Shown here piece by piece: positions 15,048 through 18,866 of a stretch of 18,866 nt of DNA. Both the position numbers and the translations under genes were made by a program. Under the pieces are notes generated by a model that saw nothing but the letters and a program-made list of their open reading frames with translations, did no database searches and had not been told where the DNA came from. Position 1 is the first letter of the stretch; each line of letters starts with the position of its first letter. Source of the DNA: a bacterium (GTDB lineage Bacteria > Desulfobacterota > DSWW01); assembly GCA_040756235.1 (NCBI GenBank), contig JBFLZG010000055.1:1-18866 (forward strand). Reading direction: 5' to 3'.

Positions 15048-15881
15048 TCAGGTCGGCATGCGGCTCTTGTGGAAGTCCTCGAGAAACTTCCTGGCCACGA
15101 AGTTGAGGTTGGAGGGGCTGATGCGGTGGAGCCACCACAGGACGCGGGCGTGGCCGGGAAACACGATGATGGCCCGGTTCTTCTCGACGCCGTCGAGGAT
15201 CGCCTTCCCGGCCTTCTCTGAATTCATCGCCGTGAACCCGGACTTGATGCGCCGGTTGAGCTCCCGGCGGTCGACGTTGCCGACGAGCAGGCTCGTCTCG
15301 AAAATAGGCGTGTCGATGATGCCCGGACAGACGACGCTCACCCGGACTCCCAGCGGCGCCGCTTCCATGCGCAGCGATGTCGACAACCCGACCACGGCGT
15401 GCTTGGTCAGGGCATAGCCGACCTCGACGGGGCCGGGAATCAGCCCGGCCAGGGAGGCCGTGTTCACGATGTGCCCGAAGCCCTGGCGGATCATGAGGGG
15501 ATAGGCGGCCAGGGTGCCGTTCAGGACTCCGAACAGGTTCACGTCGATGATCCGCTTCCAGTGCTCCGGAAGCATGTCCCGGGCCTCACCCGCGATCCCG
15601 ATCCCGGCGTTGTTGAACAGGTAGTCGAGCCGGCCCTGCTCGGCGAACGTCTGCTCGATGGTCTTACGGAGCTCTGCCTCGTTCGATACGTCGAGCCCGA
15701 CCGCGCGGGCCTTGCCGCCGGCCCGGTCGATCCCGGCGGCGACCTGCCCGGCGCCCGCGGCCTGAACGTCCGCAACGACCACGAGCCTGGCTCCCCGGCG
15801 GCCGAGCCCTTCGCACACGGCCCGCCCCATGCCCGATGCCCCGCCGGTCACGATCGCCACCTTGTCCCGAAATGTGTCCAT
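15048..15881 (-). CDS. Short-chain dehydrogenase/reductase (SDR)
   Basis: TGGASGMG, NNAG, NTAS and YALTK (YxxxK) motifs; RBS GGAGG before ATG 15881. Confidence 0.95.
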   Translation of the reverse strand: MDTFRDKVAIVTGGASGMGRAVCEGLGRRGARLVVVADVQAAGAGQVAAGIDRAGGKARAVGLDVSNEAELRKTIEQTFAEQGRLDYLFNNAGIGIAGEARDMLPEHWKRIIDVNLFGVLNGTLAAYPLMIRQGFGHIVNTASLAGLIPGPVEVGYALTKHAVVGLSTSLRMEAAPLGVRVSVVCPGIIDTPIFETSLLVGNVDRRELNRRIKSGFTAMNSEKAGKAILDGVEKNRAIIVFPGHARVLWWLHRISPSNLNFVARKFLEDFHKSRMPT

Positions 15882-15897
15882 CGCCACCTCCTGGGAT

Positions 15898-16764
15898 CTA
15901 CGGGAGCAGGTCTTGCCGGCCCACGAACCGGAGGGCGTTGCCCCCCATCAGGTCGGCTTTCTCTTCGGGCGTAAACCCGATCTGATCCACGCACTCCACC
16001 CACCAGCTTTGCGGCTGGACCGGGAAGTCGGTTCCGAACATCGATTTCTTCGTGAGCTTCAGCTGCTTGACCATGCCGAGCGTGTTCAGGATCCCTTCTC
16101 TGGTCATGGGCATGGGGGCCGAGGTGTCGGTGTACACGTTCTCGTGGTTGAGCAGGATGAACATGAGATCCAGAGCGTCGGGCGGGAAGGGGTACTTGCC
16201 GAAGTGGCAGATGTGGATCTTGAGCGCCGGAAGGTCGTAGGCCAGCTCGTCGATGGGGCCGACCTCGCAGAATTTCAGGCGGCACCCCGGGAACGGGATG
16301 GGCTGCAGGTGGAAGGCCACCGGGATCCCGTACTCGATGCACCTCTCGTAAAGAGGGTAGAGCTTCCTGTCGTCCGGCCGAAACTGCATGCCCACGGGGT
16401 GGAGCTTCAGACCGCGCAGGCCCATGCCGTAGGCTTCCTTCAACATGCCGAGGGCCGCGTCCACGCCTCTGCGCACCGGGTCCGTGCTGGCGTAGCCGCA
16501 GATGAAACGGTCCGGGTGTCGCCGGAGCGCTTCCGCCACCCAGGCGTTCGGGATGTCCAGCCCGAGCTCCTTCATGTCGTAGGCCTGCAGCACGGCGTAC
16601 TGCACGCCGGCCTGGTCGAGCTGCTCCAGGAGCACCTCGGGTGTCGGCACCCCGCAGTCCCAGGGGAAGATCTCCTGCATGGCGCGCCGCAAGTCAGGAG
16701 CGATCCCCTCTTCGTTCTCGAAGACATGGCAGTGGACATCGACTATCGGCACGGCTCCGCTCAT
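15898..16764 (-). CDS. Amidohydrolase_2 family metal-dependent hydrolase/decarboxylase
   Basis: IVDVHCH, GLRGLKLHP, PVAFH, ICHFG, NVYTDTS and MFGTDFP motifs; start ATG 16764. Confidence 0.92.
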   Translation of the reverse strand: MSGAVPIVDVHCHVFENEEGIAPDLRRAMQEIFPWDCGVPTPEVLLEQLDQAGVQYAVLQAYDMKELGLDIPNAWVAEALRRHPDRFICGYASTDPVRRGVDAALGMLKEAYGMGLRGLKLHPVGMQFRPDDRKLYPLYERCIEYGIPVAFHLQPIPFPGCRLKFCEVGPIDELAYDLPALKIHICHFGKYPFPPDALDLMFILLNHENVYTDTSAPMPMTREGILNTLGMVKQLKLTKKSMFGTDFPVQPQSWWVECVDQIGFTPEEKADLMGGNALRFVGRQDLLP

Positions 16765-16840
16765 CTCCAGGCCTCCTCCCGCACAAGAGCGCCCCCCATT
16801 GCTGTTCGTGTTCGGCCGCCCTTGCCGGCCCTCGCTCCCG

Positions 16841-18142
16841 CTATTTGCAGAGCTTCTGGAAGCCGGCCAGGGAGAAGTCGTTCTTGTCCATGACGGCAAA
16901 GAAGCGGACCATGCACTTGGGGTCATAGGTCAGGATGACGGTTCCGTGATCGGTGCGGTCGTCCACCGCGATCATGTCCGCGAGCCCGACCATGCGGATG
17001 CTCTTGTCCTCGTTCTCGTGTCCTACCTGGATCTGCCACTCCACCTTCCAGTAATTTCCGGAGCGGTCATGGATCACCTTGAAGGCAGGCTGAAAGATTT
17101 CGGCGTCGACCCACAAGTACTGGATTCCATAGTTGTAATACGGGTCCCTGGCCTTGATCTCCATCGCGTAGACCGGGCGGGGCACCCAGGCGACATTCGT
17201 CGGAAACCAGGGCGCGCCCGGGTAATCTTTCTGTTGCCACCCGTACATGTGCCCGTCGGCGGGCCTCGTCTGGACGACCCACTCCCCCTTTTCGTTCTTG
17301 CGGATCGGGACCGGTGGGCCGGGGTGGTAGGGGACGAGCTGCTCCTGCTTCCCGAGCACCTTCCACTCGAAGGCGTTGACCTTTCCGCCGTACCCCCAGT
17401 TGTCGTCCACGCAGAAATCCGAGCCCAGGAAGGCATCGGACCGGTTCGCCGGGCTCATGCGGCGCACCCGCCGGATCGCCGGCACATAGGTGAAGGTGTG
17501 GTCCTGCCGTTCGTCTCGAAAGCGCCAGGTGAGCACGTTCGTGCCTCTCACATCCACCGGCCCCAGGACGCGAAAGATCACATAGGTCTCGATGTTGTCC
17601 GGGTTCGGCTCTCCTTTCACGCCCGCATAGCCGTCCATGGGGTACCCGAGGGACTCGAACTCGATCTCCCGCTCGTACCCGTGGCGGCCGATCCACTTGG
17701 CTACCTCGACACCCACGCGCATGTTGCCGCAGGCATAGTTGTAGTAGAACTTGTTGTACATGATCTTCTCGCCCGCCCTGGCGTCGTTCAGGTCGATGGC
17801 CGGAAAGGGAAAGCCTTCGACGAGGTCCGGGAGCCGGCCCGTCTTTGCGTCCACCAGGATCCCCTTGTCGTTCACGTCATACTTGCCGACGTTCGACGTG
17901 AGCGTGGCCAGGCACCCGGGAGGGAGGTACTCGCCCGGGTCGTACGGCAACTCGCCGACCCGGATCACGTCCCCCTTTTTCACCCAATCCAGCACCGGCG
18001 CCGGCAAGAGCCCCTCGGCCTTCTGCCAGTTCTCCCGGTCGATGACGTCGCCCGGCGCGATCTCGGCCGAGGCGGTCAGCGAGGCGAAGGCGGCCACACC
18101 GAGGACGACTGCTAGTACGCCCAAGAAGGTATCTTTTCTCAT
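16841..18142 (-). CDS. DUF1329 family exported protein (LolA-like fold family)
   Basis: Signal peptide (...ASA-EI), PGDVIDRENW, GFPFP, YVPAIRRVRRMSPANRSDAFLGSDF, DPYYNYG, D..GNYWK. Confidence 0.88.
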   Translation of the reverse strand: MRKDTFLGVLAVVLGVAAFASLTASAEIAPGDVIDRENWQKAEGLLPAPVLDWVKKGDVIRVGELPYDPGEYLPPGCLATLTSNVGKYDVNDKGILVDAKTGRLPDLVEGFPFPAIDLNDARAGEKIMYNKFYYNYACGNMRVGVEVAKWIGRHGYEREIEFESLGYPMDGYAGVKGEPNPDNIETYVIFRVLGPVDVRGTNVLTWRFRDERQDHTFTYVPAIRRVRRMSPANRSDAFLGSDFCVDDNWGYGGKVNAFEWKVLGKQEQLVPYHPGPPVPIRKNEKGEWVVQTRPADGHMYGWQQKDYPGAPWFPTNVAWVPRPVYAMEIKARDPYYNYGIQYLWVDAEIFQPAFKVIHDRSGNYWKVEWQIQVGHENEDKSIRMVGLADMIAVDDRTDHGTVILTYDPKCMVRFFAVMDKNDFSLAGFQKLCK

Positions 18143-18157
18143 TTCTGCCTCCAGAGC

Positions 18158-18866
18158 CTAGTCAAGCAGATAACTGATGAGGAAGGTGATCTGGTCTCGA
18201 TCTCGAAACGCCCCGAAGTTGGTGAAGTTCCCCTCTATGGCGCTGTACTGGAGCCCGAACCGGAAGGGCTCCCAGATGAAGTTGATCGCGGGCGACAGGA
18301 GCCAGGCGCCCCTGACGTCGTAGGCCACGGCCATCTGCGGCTGGAGCGTCCCCTTGCGGTACATGGTGTTCAAAACGGCCGTCACCACGTGTTCGTGGCG
18401 TCGCAGGCCGGCGAAGTTCGAGGTGCTCGGGTAGAGCAGAATGGGCTGGCGCATGCGGGAGTCGTAGTCCGGGACCCACTGGCCGAAGTACTGGAGGGAG
18501 ACCAGAAAGGTGCTGGTGCGGTTCAAGGGCCGGAGCCATATCTGCTTGTCCATGCCGATCATGTAGCGGAGGATGTCCTTCTCCGGGATCGTTCCTCCCG
18601 TCGGGTTCAGGGCGATGGAGCTCAGACCCATGGCCGCCATGTCCGTGCCCGCCAGCTCGGAAACAAGGTCCAGCAAGGCCGGCGGCAGGGGGATGTTGGT
18701 GTCCGAGAGCTTGAGGTTTTCCTCGGGGATGAAGACCGGCTCGTTCCAGAACCAGGCCAGCTCGCTGCGGATCACGACGTCCAGGTGAGACTCCCAATAG
18801 TTGACCGAGGCGCCGGTGATCTGCACGTCCGGCCAGCTTAGCTCCTGCCAGGCGTCGGTCGGGCTC
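18158..18866 (-). CDS. DUF1302-like outer-membrane beta-barrel protein (5' end outside the window)
   Basis: Frame is open to the window edge (SPTDAWQELSWPDVQITGAS...). It has amphipathic beta-strands and C-terminal FGAFRDRDQITFLISY, and sits 15 nt upstream of DUF1329, the usual partner arrangement. Confidence 0.75.
   Translation of the reverse strand, partial: SPTDAWQELSWPDVQITGASVNYWESHLDVVIRSELAWFWNEPVFIPEENLKLSDTNIPLPPALLDLVSELAGTDMAAMGLSSIALNPTGGTIPEKDILRYMIGMDKQIWLRPLNRTSTFLVSLQYFGQWVPDYDSRMRQPILLYPSTSNFAGLRRHEHVVTAVLNTMYRKGTLQPQMAVAYDVRGAWLLSPAINFIWEPFRFGLQYSAIEGNFTNFGAFRDRDQITFLISYLLD

Overview
GC-rich bacterial chromosomal segment. The gene content (DUF1302/DUF1329 pair, TIGR04076, polyferredoxin-like protein, RRM protein, sigma54 promoter, large SRP RNA) suggests an anaerobic Gram-negative, probably deltaproteobacterial (Desulfobacterota-like) genome; this is inference only. 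Left end: housekeeping block tRNA-Ser(GGA), large Alu-domain SRP RNA and dnaX (minus strand). Middle: accessory and stress genes (Isf/flavodoxin-like, LonC-type protease, ferritin-like, DUF3108, hemolysin III, RRM, Fe-S protein, USP, beta-propeller, YbhB/YbcL). Two near-identical 163-bp MITE-like elements in inverted orientation bracket a TIGR04076 gene and an excisionase-like HTH gene. Right end: DUF1302-DUF1329-amidohydrolase-SDR operon. The standout is a hidden gene at 13975-14718 (+), which the ORF track splits into fragments. It is a full-length MerB (organomercurial lyase)-like protein in which BOTH catalytic cysteine positions are in-frame UGA codons, each followed by a SECIS-like hairpin. 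It is therefore a candidate double-selenocysteine organometal lyase outside any mer operon. No database searches were run; family calls come from motif recognition.
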